This document shows, piece by piece, positions 40,320 through 52,769 of a DNA stretch of 64,000 nt. The notes beneath the pieces were generated by a model. The model did no database searches. It worked only from the letters and a program-made list of their open reading frames with translations, and was not told the origin of the DNA. This stretch comes from Eledone cirrhosa (taxonomy: Eukaryota). The stretch lies in NCBI GenBank assembly GCA_964016885.1, contig OZ024761.1, positions 29,574,001-29,638,000 of the forward strand, in the 5' to 3' direction. A program made the translations under genes and the position numbers. Positions within the stretch are counted from its first letter, which is position 1, and each line of letters opens with the position of its first letter.

Positions 40320-40752
40320 ATGAGAGGGAGAGAGAGGACAAGAGGGAGGGACAGAGAATGTGACATGGAAGGAAAGAGAATGAGAAATATGGGAAGAAAT
40401 AGAAAGAGAATGAGAGATATGGGGAGAAAAGTTAAGTTACATGGGAAGAAAGAGTGAAGGAGATGGGAAGAGAAAGAGATATGCAAAGAAAATAAGGGAT
40501 AGAGAGAAAGAGATGGGAAGAAAGAGAGAGATTGGAAGAAGAGAGAGAGAGATGGGGAGTAGAGAGAGAGATGGAGAGAAGAAAGAGAGAGGTGGAGAGA
40601 AGAAAGAGAGAGGTGGGGAGAAGAGAGAAGAAAGAGAGAGGTGGGGAGAAGAGAGAGAGAGAGGTGGGGAGAAGAGAGAGAGAGAGGTGGGGAGAAGAGA
40701 GAGAGAGAGGTGGGGAGAAAAGAGAGAGGTGGGGAGAAGAGAGAGAGAGAGG
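40320..40752. repeat. Purine-rich (GA/GGGGAGAAGAGA) tract
   Basis: Direct inspection. Confidence 0.85.
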
Positions 40753-42639
40753 TGGTAGCTCTGATTCTATAGAGTTCATCCAGTTAGACTTGATTGTTTA
40801 GCTTTCATCCTTCAAACAGTTCTTTTTTCATTATGCCCATATGTTGGTATTTATACGTAAATAAGACCCTTATTGCTCCAATCAGTCTACTAATCTAGGG
40901 GGATGAAAAGTTTGTAAAGAAAATATAAGTTGTTCTCTACGCCGGCGCGATAAGCTTCGTCTTGAGTCGAGTAGGGAAAGCGAATTAAAGAAAGATAACT
41001 CATGAAATACTCTGGTAAACGTAAGTCAATAAGATCAGGGAGAAGGAAGGGTTGAAAGGATGTACTTCTAAAATTCCCTCTCTCTCTCTCAGAAAAGATT
41101 AACAGGGTAATGGAGTGGAGTGAAGATGTCTCAATGAGGAACAGGAACCAGCTCTCACATTCGTTTCCCTGCTCAGTAAATTAATAAGTCGATAAATACC
41201 AATTGATGAAAGAAAAAATATATAAAATACATTTGTTCCATTTTCAAGGGATGCAACTGTGACAATAAGAAGAGAGTTAGATAACTTTATTTTGGTATCA
41301 CTTCTGTTTTTAGCCTAAGAAAATATCTATATGCGTGTGTAATTAATACACGCATACATTTATTTTTTTAATTTCCATTGAGTTCTTAACACGTTGGATT
41401 GATAATGTTTTTGAAAAAACTAATTAACCCACGTCTGAAACTACCAGAATTGTAATTTTGTTTTTGGTATTGGAAATATAGAGAAAGAGTGGTAGGTTGG
41501 CAGTATTGGTAAAACATCGATCAAAATCACTTGCGGTATTTACTTATGAAGTTTTACGTTCTTATTTCAAATCCCGCCAGAGTCAACTTTGCCTTTCATC
41601 CTCTAGGCGTCGATAACACAAAGTACCAGTTCAGTACTTTGGGCCACTTTACAACCATACAGTTCTGTGTTCCATCCTACTGGGGGAACCTTGTGGGCCT
41701 GTGTTTTCTATAGTAGCCTAGGGCTGATCAGTAATGTGAATTTGGTGGACAGAAATTGCTGAAGCCTGTCATGTGTGTGTTTATGCTTTTAAGAAAAGTT
41801 AAAATCCGTCCCAAGCCCAGAGTCTCATCAGGACGGTATTTATCCCGATTTCCTCAGCGATAAGTGACAGAGTAAAAGACTCGCCCGTGGAGAGGTCACC
41901 AGTCTATCGCAGGGTTAACTCCCAGCAACTGCTGACACTCATGTTCAACTTGAAACGAAGTAGTTTAATCAAGAACAAAACGCACCAACGCGCCCCTCGA
42001 ACCAGGAATCGAACCCACGATATTATGATCGTTAAGTCCAACACTTAAATCACCATTATAAATACTCCAATCAGTTTACAAAAAGAAAAGACGGATTAGA
42101 TAATGTAGCCCAAGATGTTTGAATAAAGGACGGTGTTGTCACGTTTAGCCTGTCTTTGAATATAGGCCTGCCCGATCTGTGATAACCTAGGGCTAAACAA
42201 CAATAGCAGCAACAGAAGTTTCAAAGAATATAAGGGAGATAACTCTATTAGTCTTCTATGTAAAAGTGACAACACAAGTTATCGTTCGTGTTACAAGTAA
42301 TAGCAACAGCGATAGAGAGAGATGTGTTGGTGTGATATCAGACTGGAGACAAGCTATAATTGTTTCTACTTTTGGCACAAGGCCAGCAATTACCCAGTGC
42401 ATTACTGGTACTTTATTTTATCGACCCCGTAAGGATGAAAGGCAAAGTTAACCTCGGCGGGATTTGAACTATGGCAAGGGCCGTAACTCCATGCGTCATA
42501 ATACTTCCACTCTAGTTGTCGGGGTTTCGAATCCGAGTGGGGACCTTCTTCACCTTTTATATACTTCTACTGAATAACGACAAGGAATTCGACAATGTCA
42601 GGAACACACAAGAATTTAATTACCATATTTGATGGCATG

Positions 42640-43695
42640 TTGAGCTCCCATGTATATAAGACCCTCAGAAATATAGGAACCCTGGACATATAGTAAACCC
42701 TGGACCTATATAATTCCCAGGTATATAGAACCCCAGGTACATAAGACCCTTGAACATATAGCAACTTCAGGCGTATAGTAACTGACATTCCGTCAGTTAT
42801 AACAAAGAGTGTTCCAATTGATCCAATCAACAGAATAGCCTGCTCCTGAAATTAACGTGCAAGTGGCTGAGCATTCCACAGACACGCTTACAATTAACGT
42901 AATTCTCAGGGAGATTCAGCGCCACACCGAACGTAATAAGGCTGGCCCTTCGAATCACAGGTACAACTCCTTTTTGCCAGCTGAGTGGATTGGAGCAACG
43001 TGAAATAAAGTGCCTTGCTCAAGGACACAACGCACTACTGGGAATCAAACTCACAACCTTACGATCGTGAGCAGAAAACCTTAACCACAATGTTATGCGC
43101 CTTCACATATAGTAACCTCAGATGTATAGTAACCCCAAGTATATAACTGTCAGGCATATAGGAGCTTCGGACACATAGTGAGCCTCGGACATATAGGGGC
43201 CTCGGACATATAGGAACTTCGGACTTATAGGAGCTCTGGACATTTAGGAGCTCCGGATATATTGGAGCCTCAGATATATAGGAGCCTCAGATATATAGGC
43301 ACCTCAGACTTATAGGAGCCACAGACATATCGGAGCTTTGGATATATAGGAGTCTCGGACATATAGGAACCTCAGAAATAGAGGAACCTCAGAAATAGAG
43401 TAATCCCTGGACACATAGGAACCTCGGACATATAGGAGCCAAGAACATGTAGAAACCTGAGACATATAGGAACCTTGGACATATAGGAGCCTCGGACATA
43501 TAGGAACCTCAGACATATAGGAACCTCAGACATATAGGAACCTCAGACATATAGGAACCTCAGACATATAGGAGCCTCGGACATATTGGAGCCTCAGAAA
43601 TAGAGTAATCCCCAGACATATAGGAACCAATAATAACCTCAGACATATAGGATCCCCCAGACATATAGGATCCCCCAGACATATAGAACCCCTAA
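42640..43695. repeat. 17-bp minisatellite ACATATAGGAACCTCAG interrupted by a SINE
   Basis: Period 17 is clear at 43490-43570. A SINE at about 42785-43105(-) is flanked by TATAGTAAC on both sides. Confidence 0.85.
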
Positions 43696-44414
43696 ACATA
43701 AGACCCACACCTCTTCTCATTTCAGCAAAAAATAATAATGAAAAAAATTATTAGTTTACCAGTTACCTCAACTTTGGATATAAAACCTGATGGAATATTA
43801 ATAAATTTATTTATCAAATTTAAACGTCCGTATAGAGCTGGTAAGTCACCAGATTAAAAACAGGATCTAATACTCTCTATAATTAACTCTTTTGATAGCA
43901 AACTACCTGAAAAAGTCCCTGGTTCAGGGATAAAACACGTTTATTTTAAAGTGTTTATATCTATCTAAGAGAAGGCGCATGGCTGAGTGCTTAGAGAATT
44001 GGATTGCAATCGTGAGGTTGTGATTTTGATTCCCAGACTGTGCAATGCATTATGTCCTTGAGCAAGACACTTTATTTCACGTTGCTCCTTCTGCCTGGAC
44101 TTGCAACTAACAGATAGTATTAGCAATGGAAACATTGTTTACTCGGTCCGATTTGACAAGCTCCATCCCACTCATTAAGTGAATGATGTCTGGGATCTTG
44201 TCGATTGACTGTCGATACCTATCTAAAAATCTTCCATCTTAATTTTATGTAAGAACCTTTCTTAAGTTATGTTCCAAGCATTAGAATCTTGATTATTTGA
44301 AAACAACATACAGTGTGTTTCATTAGAAACATGGTAATGAAAGGATTAAGAAACAAAAAGGGAAGAGAGAGGGAGGGGGGGGGGTAAATATGAAAAAGTT
44401 GATAAACAAGAGTA

Positions 44415-44690
44415 GCTATAGAGCTCAAAATATACTTTGGCAGAGCCATCCCACATTTCATCAGATATATGGAAAAATCCCAAAAGTAAATGCACAACTG
44501 ATTAAACATCATACAAGGTTTGCTGATCACTATTTCTGTGCAAAAGATGAGTGGTTTCAGACCTGTTGTTGTGGGAGATCTCCTCTACTAGAAAGCTCTG
44601 TTACAAGGATGACCTACGAACCTTGATGGGAATCAGAGACTGTTGGGATGAAATTGTGCTTGCTGTCTCACCTCAGGATAATGTATAAGA
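44415..44690 (+). mobile_element. Old RTE-like LINE 3' fragment
   Basis: QNILWQSHPTFHQIYGKIPKV...RFADHYFCAKDE is the same motif family as 23385-24125. Confidence 0.6.
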
Positions 44691-44842
44691 TAATAGATCA
44701 GTTAAATGTTTCTGTCATTGAATCCTTGAGAATATATTGCATTTGGAATGTTTAACTATTTAGGGGTGGAATGAAAGGAGATTTTATATACCATCAAATA
44801 TAGTAATCAATTAACAAATCTCCTATACACACTTTCATTAAC

Positions 44843-45062
44843 TACTGTATATATACTCGATTATATAAACCAATCCCAATATAAGCTGATACCCCACCAA
44901 CACCATTTTATGTCTGAGAAATAGGCGAAAATCCAAACCCCGTTTATAAACTGAGGCAGCTAATCAACACATTGTTTAGATGGCATATATAAGCCTACCT
45001 CCCATTGTACCATCGATGTTTTGGTCACATATTCCTCGGCTTATATTTGACTATATATGATA
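44843..45062. mobile_element. Degenerate pogo/Tigger-like MITE
   Basis: Ends TACTGTATATATACTCG / TTGACTATATATGATA with internal TATAAGCCGA-like repeats. Related partial copy at 11620-11702. Confidence 0.45.
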
Positions 45063-45989
45063 TATAAATTTCCTCATTATTTCAATATCCTTCTGAAAGG
45101 CAGCAACAACAGCAGAAAATTCAAAACTTTCAACAAACTATCTCCACTAAATTATTACTGGTACCTATCTTTTTCCATTCAGTGGGTTTATACACCCCAT
45201 TATTAGACTATATTATTTAGTGAATGTTACAGTGAAGCTTCTATCTCTATTTCAATTATTACCATATGTTAAGAGACAATTATTTGACCAAAGAGTTTGT
45301 GAATAAAAACAAAGTTAAAACATCACACCTACAGAATGTTTTCACATTCAATTGAGGGCTCAGGTGAGCTAGAGACCTGCATCTCACTTACGATTCCAAG
45401 TGGATTTTATCATGGCATCAACACTAGGGAGGTTGTCTTGTCTTGGACACAGTTGAAAAATCTTCTGTCTTTTGTTTGGCAGATTTTCTACAAGTGGAAG
45501 CCCTTGCAATCATCAACCACTTTGCAGAGTGTACTGGGTGTGTTTATTGTGTAAATCACCAACACTTGTCTTGTCTTTGAATAGGGCTGAAGACCTTTAT
45601 CGACCTTTTGTTTGGCAGGTTTTCTACAGCTGGATACCCTTCCTCTCAACAACCAGTTTACAGAGTGTACTGGGTGTTTATTGTGTAAATCACCAACACT
45701 ACAGAGGTTGTCTTGTCTTTGACACAGCTAAAGACACCTCTTGACTCTTTGTTTGGGAGGTTTTCTACAGGTAGATACCCTTCCTATCAACAACTACTTT
45801 ACAGAGTGTACTGGGTGTAACTAAATAATGCAACAAACAACAACAACCAAACAAGAACAACTACTCACATAATAAAATCGCTTTTTTTTTTTATCTTTGA
45901 CATTTTATAACAGACACTAAACAATAACAGTAATTATTTGCTACATAAAAAATCTCACATGAATTAAAAGAATTAAAAGTCAAACTCAC

Positions 45990-46071
45990 CCGGGATTTGT
46001 AGAATTTTGATTCAAGCTTATTTGGAGCAATTTTGGGGAGGGGGTTCGTTTGAAATTTATATTAACAGAAA
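45990..46071 (-). other. Candidate 82-nt exon (no ATG, probably 5'UTR)
   Basis: Minus strand TTTTCTTTTCTCGCTTTTTCTGATTTCAG|TTTCTG...CCCGG|GTGAGT. Confidence 0.55.
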
Positions 46072-46260
46072 CTGAAATCAGAAAAAGCGAGAAAAGAAAA
46101 TTAATTTGGAAAATAATTAATGTAAAATTCAATATGAAAAGAAATTCCACAGAAAGAAAACAAAGTAAATAAATAAATACAACACAATGCAAGAACCTCT
46201 ATTTGGTTTCTTTCTGCTAGAAATAGTAGCCAAATCTTCCTCAAATCATACCCTATGGTC

Positions 46261-46785
46261 TTAACCTTTTCATTACCATATTTCTAATAAAAGACACTAC
46301 CTATGATATTCAAATAATTTTGAAAATAATCAAGAATTTGAAAGGATTTGGTAAAATAACTAACTTTCTCATTATTAAGCTGGTATTTAGAGTATAAAAT
46401 AACAAAGGTTCTTACTTAAAATTATGATGGAAGGGTTTTAGAGAAATATAAACACTAACTCTTTCATTACCATATTTCTACTAAAAAAAATACACTACCT
46501 ATGATTTTCAAATATCTGTGAAAATAATCAGCTGATGTTTGGAGCATAACTTAACAGAGGTTCTTGCATAAAATTATGATTGAATGTTTTTTAAATATAA
46601 ATAATTGTTTCTACGTTTGGCACAAGGCCAGCAATTACCCAGTGTATTACTGGTACTTTATTTTATCGACCCCATAAGGATGAAAGGCAAAGTTAACCTT
46701 TTTAAATATAAATAATATAAAGCAAACACCTCAGTATCTTAGGAACCAGATTGGTTTCAAATGGTTTGGTAATCAAAAGGGTTAA
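46261..46785. mobile_element. piggyBac-like MITE with nested family 1 SINE fragment
   Basis: TTAA at both ends and TIR TTAACCTTTTCATTACCA / TGGTAATCAAAAGGGTTAA. The SINE at 46605-46700 is flanked by a TTTTAAATATAAATAAT duplication. Confidence 0.7.
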
Positions 46786-46914
46786 ATTGAATTTGCAGGG
46801 ATAGAAAAGTCAATTTAATTGATCCAAGAGCATAGTAGCTAACATAAGAAGATGGAAAACGTTCAGGGAGCTACTACCTCTGTTGACAATAAAAGGTTTC
46901 TATATGCAAACAAA

Positions 46915-47362
46915 AGGCCAGCTGTAATACATCTGTGTGATGTGTGGTTTTGCATGGTAGTGAGGTATGAGTATTGAATTCAGAGGATATATGAAGGCTG
47001 GAAAAGAAATGCATTGATGGTTGTGCAATGTCAATGTTAAACAAACCATGGATGAACTTGAGTAAAATGGGGTATAAGAGGAATCAAATGTAGCATGTAA
47101 GAGAAAACTCTGCACTGATATAGACAAGTGATATGTATGGATGATGGTCACTGGATGAAGAAATGCCAAGAAATTCCCATGGTGGAGGAAGACCAAGGAA
47201 GATCTGAAAAGAGGTGGTGAGAGCTTACTTCAAATCACTGAAGCTCACAGAGGAGATGACAAAGGAACAGGATAAGTGGAGTGATGCTGTGCTGAAATAG
47301 ACCTGTCTAAACCATACAAGCATGGAAGAGCAGACATAAAATGGTGGTGATAATGATGATGA
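46915..47362 (+). mobile_element. Degenerate RTE-like LINE 3' end
   Basis: Similar to 17222-17525 and 47960-48390. Confidence 0.65.
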
Positions 47363-47414
47363 CAATATATATATATGTATACCCACATACATATGTATGT
47401 TTATCATTGTACTT

Positions 47415-48395
47415 CAGGCCATCACTGAGGAGTTTAAAACTGGCACACTGTATGAGTTCTTATATACTGATGATCTACTCCTAATACCTGAATACATAGG
47501 AGAGTTAGAGACATGGAAAAAGAACCTAGAGTTGAAAGGCTTAAGACTAGACTTAGCAAAGATGAAAGTGTAAATAAATAGGAAAGAGAGGGATACCATC
47601 AGGGAAATGGCATTGTTCGATATGTCAAAAAAGGGTGAGCAGAAATTCTTTATGATGCACACAGTGCAATCTATGGACACACGAGAGATGTAGTGAGATT
47701 GTAGGTAGATTAATGGGAAAGATAGACTTTGTATGTGGCAGATGCACAGGAGAAGTAAGCACTATGAACACTCACTTGAAATAGATTCTTTCAGCTGTCA
47801 GTGAGGTTCCTTAGAAGTTGTCAACAGTTTTTGTTACTTAGGCAATCTAATTAGCTGTGGAGGAGGATGTATTGAAAGTGTGATAGCCAGGATCAGAACA
47901 AGCTGGAAGAAGTTTAGAGAGCTGATACTTCAACTGGCAACAAAGAGATCCTTGCTCGGAGTGAAGGGTAGACTGTATGATATCTGCGTGCAAACTGCAA
48001 TGCTACATGGCAGTGAAACGTGGGCCTTAACTGCAGAAGACCAGCGAAGACTAGAGATAAATGAAGTGAGTATGTTCCAATGGATGTGTAATATTAGTGT
48101 GTATGAACGACATAGCATAAGTAAACTGAGAGGAAAACTTGGCTTAAGAGGAATTGGATGCAATATGCAAGAGAGAAGATAGTGCTGGTATGGACATGTG
48201 ATGCCTATGGAGAATAGCATCTGCATAAAGAAATGCAGAGCAATTCCTGTGGCTGGAACCTGTGGAAGAGGTAGACCCAAAAAGACATGGCATGAGGTAT
48301 TGTAGAGTGACGTTAAGAAACTAAGCCTCACAATTGAGATGACAATGGATCGAAAGGGCTGGCACTATGCTGTGATGATGAAGACCTGGCCAGGA
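47415..48395 (+). pseudogene. RTE-like LINE ORF2 remnant (RT C-terminal half)
   Basis: QAITEEFKTGTLYEFLYTDDLLLI (YxDD motif) followed by ...RIRTSWKKFREL...VKGRLYDICVQTAMLHGSETW. Contains stops and frameshifts. Confidence 0.85.
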
Positions 48396-49968
48396 GCATA
48401 CAATATGACCTGACCTATCCATGAACCCCCCTCCCTCCCTCCCACTAGTACTCCCCACTACTGCACTCACCACCCACGTCCCATCCAGAACCCCTTTTTA
48501 ATTAATACCCCCCCCCCTTCTAAAGATCTTAGATATCCTCACAATTGCCTCCTAGTAGATACTCTCTCTACCCCTTGTTCACTCCCACTACCACCCCTTA
48601 CCCCCTCACTACTCCCTTTTCCTATATCTCCACCATGACCACCCCCTCTCGATTGAGCACATCACCCACACCACTACATCACCTTTCCTCATAAACAAAC
48701 CAGCTACCCTTTACTCTCTGCCTATCTCTCCATCATGCTCCCTGTCCCCACCATATTGACTACATCACTCACACCACTACATATCAGCCAAGCCTACACT
48801 TTACTCATTGCCTTGCCAAATCCCCACATGCACCTATAACATCATACTTATCTACCTCCCCAGAGCTGAGAGGGCTCTACAATTGAGTCTATGACCAACA
48901 ACCTCTCTAGTGAAAGAGCCACGAAAATACACCCAGTACACTCCGTAAGAGTGGTTGGCTACAGGAAGTACACCCTGCTGTAGAAACCATGCCTAAAAAG
49001 GGTGAGAGGACTCTTTAGTTATGTCAAAGATGCAACAACCTTTCTAGTTTTGGTGATCTACCTAATAAATGCACCCAGGACATTCTGTAAAGTGGTTGAT
49101 GATAGGAAGGGTATCCAACTGTAAAAAGCTTGTCAAACAAAGGTTTGGGAGGACCGTTTAGTTGTGTCAAGTACATGTCAGCCTTCCTAGTGCTGGGGAT
49201 CTTCACAATAAAAGCACAAAGTACACACTGTAAAGTAGTTGGTGTTAGTTGATACCTGGCCATAGAAAGCTTGCCAAACAAGGGGTTAGGAGGACCCTTT
49301 GGTGTGTGTCAAAAGACATTACAACATTTCCTCTGCACTTGATATGATAGGTAAGTGGGGATACAGACCACTCAGCCTGTCTGGGAAGTCAGTAACCCCG
49401 CTTCAGTACTGACAGTCTATGTAGACCCATCCAACCCTTGCTAGGAGGGAAAGCGAACATTAAATGATGATGATGATATATATATACACACACACACACA
49501 CAAAAACCATGCCAAAAGGATTGCGAGAACTCTTTAGTCATATCAACCTTTTTAGTACTGGTGCCACAAAAACTGTACCTAGTACACCCTAAAAAATCTA
49601 GCCAAAGGGTTTAGAAAACCCTTTGGTTGTGTCAAAGACATGACAACCTCCCTAGTGTTGGTGCTACCAGTGCACTCTGTAAATTGGTTGCTGTTAGAAA
49701 AAGCATCCAATTGTAGAAAATTTCCAAACAGGGTTGAGATAATTCTTCAGTTGTATCAGGGACACATCTTCCCTAGTGTTGGTGCCATGATAAAATGCAC
49801 CCCCAGAACCCCCCACACACACACATATATATATATATTTTTTTTTTTCACTTGATGAAAGTTAGTTGATCATATAATCTGCCAACTTTTTCATAAACAG
49901 ACATAAAGCACTCAACGATTTGTATTCCTTAGGATTTGCTCAGTAAGGTATCAACTGGAGTTTCAATA

Positions 49969-50580
49969 TAATAAATAAGAGAGACAGTTTTATTCATACA
50001 TCATCATCATCATTTTACGTCCGCTTTTCCCTGCTTGCAAGGGTGGAACGGGAACTGATTCTGGCTTGATTTCTACAGCTGGATGCTCTTCCTAACACCA
50101 ACCTCATTTACAGTGAGTGCTGGGTGCTTTTTTTTTTGCCGTGGTACCTCCACGACCACTTTGCAGTGGAATGATAGGGACCCCAGTCCCTATCATCTCA
50201 TTTCTACAGCTGAGTAAACTGGAGCAATGTGAAATAAAGTGTCTTGCTCAAGGAAACAACACATCACCCGGTCTGAGAATTGAACTCACAACCTTTCGAT
50301 TGCAAGGACCACTAAGCCATGTGCCTCCATCTTCATTTTATTACAGAATTTTATTATATGTATTTCAAAGATGTCAGAGTGGCTATATAATAACTCCCTG
50401 GCATGTTTTCATCAGATAGTGTGATATGTTACTGGTTTCTCATGCTTTCTCTTACACTATCTGATGAAAACATGCCAGGGGGTTATTATATAACTACTCT
50501 GACATCTTTGAAATACGTATAATAGAATCATGTAATAAATTTAAGATGTACGAATAAAACCATCTCTCATATTTATTATT
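49969..50580. mobile_element. Hammerhead family E fold-back element, left arm split by a SINE
   Basis: Left arm 49969-50002 plus 50328-50422 versus right arm 50454-50580. Plus-strand core: CTGATGA 50461-67, GAAA 50510-13, palindromic ATACGTAT stem III, AUA site at 50521. Confidence 0.75.
50000..50328 (-). mobile_element. SINE family 2
   Basis: Near-identical to the reverse complement of 470-806. Confidence 0.85.
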
Positions 50581-50601
50581 ATTATTATATATATCATGTT
50601 C

Positions 50602-50742
50602 AATATAGAAATGGCTTCAAAAGAAATCATCAGGAAACAGTTCTAGTTCTGTAGAAGCCATTTCTATAGTAAACATGTTTACACTACTAATGTGTTGAGT
50701 ACCTTACTTACTGTGGTTACCCCTGATTAAACCTGGGATTCA
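50602..50742. mobile_element. Collapsed family A element
   Basis: ATAGAAATGGCTTC...AAATCATCAGGAAACAGTTCTAGTTCTGTAGAAGCCATTTCTAT plus the family tail ending in (TA)n. Confidence 0.7.
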
Positions 50743-51374
50743 TATATATATATATATATAGTAATAATAATAAATGCGAAGACTAAAATCCAAAGAGGGC
50801 TCAATAAGGATAAATATATATCAAATATATAAGAACCTCAGCGATTCTTTGCTTAAACTTTAATCTGTTATTTTAATAAATTAATATATATATATATTTC
50901 ATTTTGGTGCCATGACAAAAAGCTCCCAGTCCAAACTGTAGAGTGGTCGTGTGTCACGGCAAAGAATGACCAGTCTACACAGTAGAGTGGTCGTTCTGGT
51001 GCTATGACAAAAAGCACCCAGTACACAATGTACACAAAATGTGGTTAGCATTAGGAGTAGCATCCAGTGATAGAAACCAAGCCAGACACAGTTCTGTATG
51101 AGCAAGTCATTGTCATCTGATGTGACATCACTCACAATGGGACAACTGGTCTAACCCATGCTAGCGTGGAAAAATGGATGCTAAATAATGACAATGATGA
51201 TATATATATTCATATATATATAGATGTTACATGTATCCTAGTTGTTAAAATGGATCCTGCAAACTGTATCCTGCAAATTGTAAGAGGTGACTAAAAGAGT
51301 TGGTGTCAGGAAGAACATCCGGTCGTATAACAGTCTCAAAACATCATGGTCAAACCCATGCCAGCATAAACAAT

Positions 51375-51677
51375 AGAGCATTGGCCTTGCAATCGAAAGG
51401 TTGTGAGTTCAATTCTCAGACCGGGTGATGTGTTGTTTCCTTGAGCAAGACACTTTATTTCACATTGCTCCAGTTTACTCAGCTGTAGAAATGAGATGAT
51501 AGGGACAGGGGTCCCTATGCAAAGTGGTCGTGGAGGTGCCACGGCAAAAAAGCACCCAGCACTCACTGTAAATTGGTGTTAGGAAGGGTATCCAGCTGTA
51601 GAAATAAAGCCAAAATCAGTTCCCGTCCCACCCTTGCAAGCAGGGAAAAGCGGACGTAAAATGAAATGATGAAATAA

Positions 51678-51680
<3 letters not shown>
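51375..51680 (+). mobile_element. SINE family 2 (5'-truncated)
   Basis: Matches 470-806. Confidence 0.85.
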
Positions 51681-51730
<50 letters not shown>

Positions 51731-51954
51731 TGCATTGAGCAGAGGGAGGCTTTTGAAAAAGATAATGCTTCTGGTCATCCATCCCACATATTTGTTTTTT
51801 TTCGTTTGCAACTTAAATATATGCATATATATATATTGTTATGCTTTGGGATATATATATACATGTGCGCATGTATGTATAACTTTATGAATATATATGT
51901 GTAATTGTGTGTGTATATGTATATATATATATATATACACATAAGTATATATAT

Positions 51955-52066
51955 GAGTTCTGGGTTCAATCGGGGTAACCACAGTAAGTAAGGTACTCAA
52001 TACATTAGTGGAGTGTACTGAACTAGAATTGTTTCTAGTCCTGTAGAAGCCATTTCTGTATTAAAT
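51955..52066. mobile_element. Rearranged family A remnant
   Basis: Inverted tail GGGTTCAATCGGGGTAACCACAGTAAGTAAGGTACTCAATAC joined to TTCTAGTCCTGTAGAAGCCATTTC. Flanked by TA-rich repeats. Confidence 0.7.
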
Positions 52067-52099
<33 letters not shown>

Positions 52100-52113
52100 G
52101 TGTGTGTGCATAC

Positions 52114-52150
<37 letters not shown>

Positions 52151-52155
52151 GGAAA

Positions 52156-52340
52156 ATGTATGACCCCGACGGCAGAGCTCAAGCCGTTTCGACGGCTATT
52201 TCTGGAGTCTAGAAATAGCCGTTGAAGCGGCTTGAGCTCTGCCGTCGGGGTCATACATGTTCATATTACTCACTCTACTACCCTAAGTATTGAGTACTCT
52301 GGTGTGTGATGGTCCATCTGGTTCCTTACCACAACTCCTT
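52156..52340. mobile_element. Family B fold-back (48-bp arms) plus tail
   Basis: Arms 52156-52203 and 52211-52258 with 2 mismatches. Minus strand GAAACGGC-ttgagctct-GCCGTC is a hammerhead 3' half. Lies between (TA)n tracts. Confidence 0.75.
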
Positions 52341-52360
52341 TGTTATATATATATATATAT

Positions 52361-52550
52361 ATAGAAAAGCTTCTACAGGACTAGAACTGTTTCATTCATG
52401 AGAAATCATCAGGAAGCTGACTGTGATGATTTCTTACGAATGAAACAGTTCTAGTCCTGTAGAAGCTTTTCTATATTAAATATTTATATTCTGCTTTGTA
52501 TTGAGTACCTTACTTACTGTGGTTACTCCCGATTGAACCCGGGATAATCT
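52361..52550. mobile_element. Hammerhead family A fold-back element in (TA)n
   Basis: Arms 52361-52409 and 52424-52475, tail to GAACCCGGGA. (TA)n on both sides. Confidence 0.8.
52368..52418 (-). ncRNA. Type I hammerhead ribozyme (complete fold), family A
   Basis: AGCUUC-CUGAUGA-U-UUC-ucau-GAA-U-GAA-ACAG-uucuaguc-CUGU-A/GAAGCU: 6-bp stem I, 3-bp stem II, 4-bp stem III, GUA site. Confidence 0.8.
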
Positions 52551-52618
52551 TATATATATATATATATATATAAACCCATGCTAGCGTGGGAGATAGACGT
52601 TTAACGATGATGATGATG

Positions 52619-52651
<33 letters not shown>

Positions 52652-52769
52652 CGTGTGTGTGTCGGTGAGCATGTCCAGTTAACCTCAGTCTCCTCTGTGT
52701 CACTTTTGAGCTGACTTTTGGGAGGCTCCCATACAGCTCTTAGTTTTTCATCCTCAGTGTATACTAGTT

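Noticed and set aside
42500-42548. tRNA-like T-arm (GGTTTCGAATCC)
   Set aside because: No cloverleaf or A-box. Probably a SINE-head fragment.
47466-47475. CTGATGA hammerhead box (also at about 38659, 39622, 44460 and 61939)
   Set aside because: Here it encodes the RT YTDD motif. The other occurrences lack a properly placed GAAA and stems.
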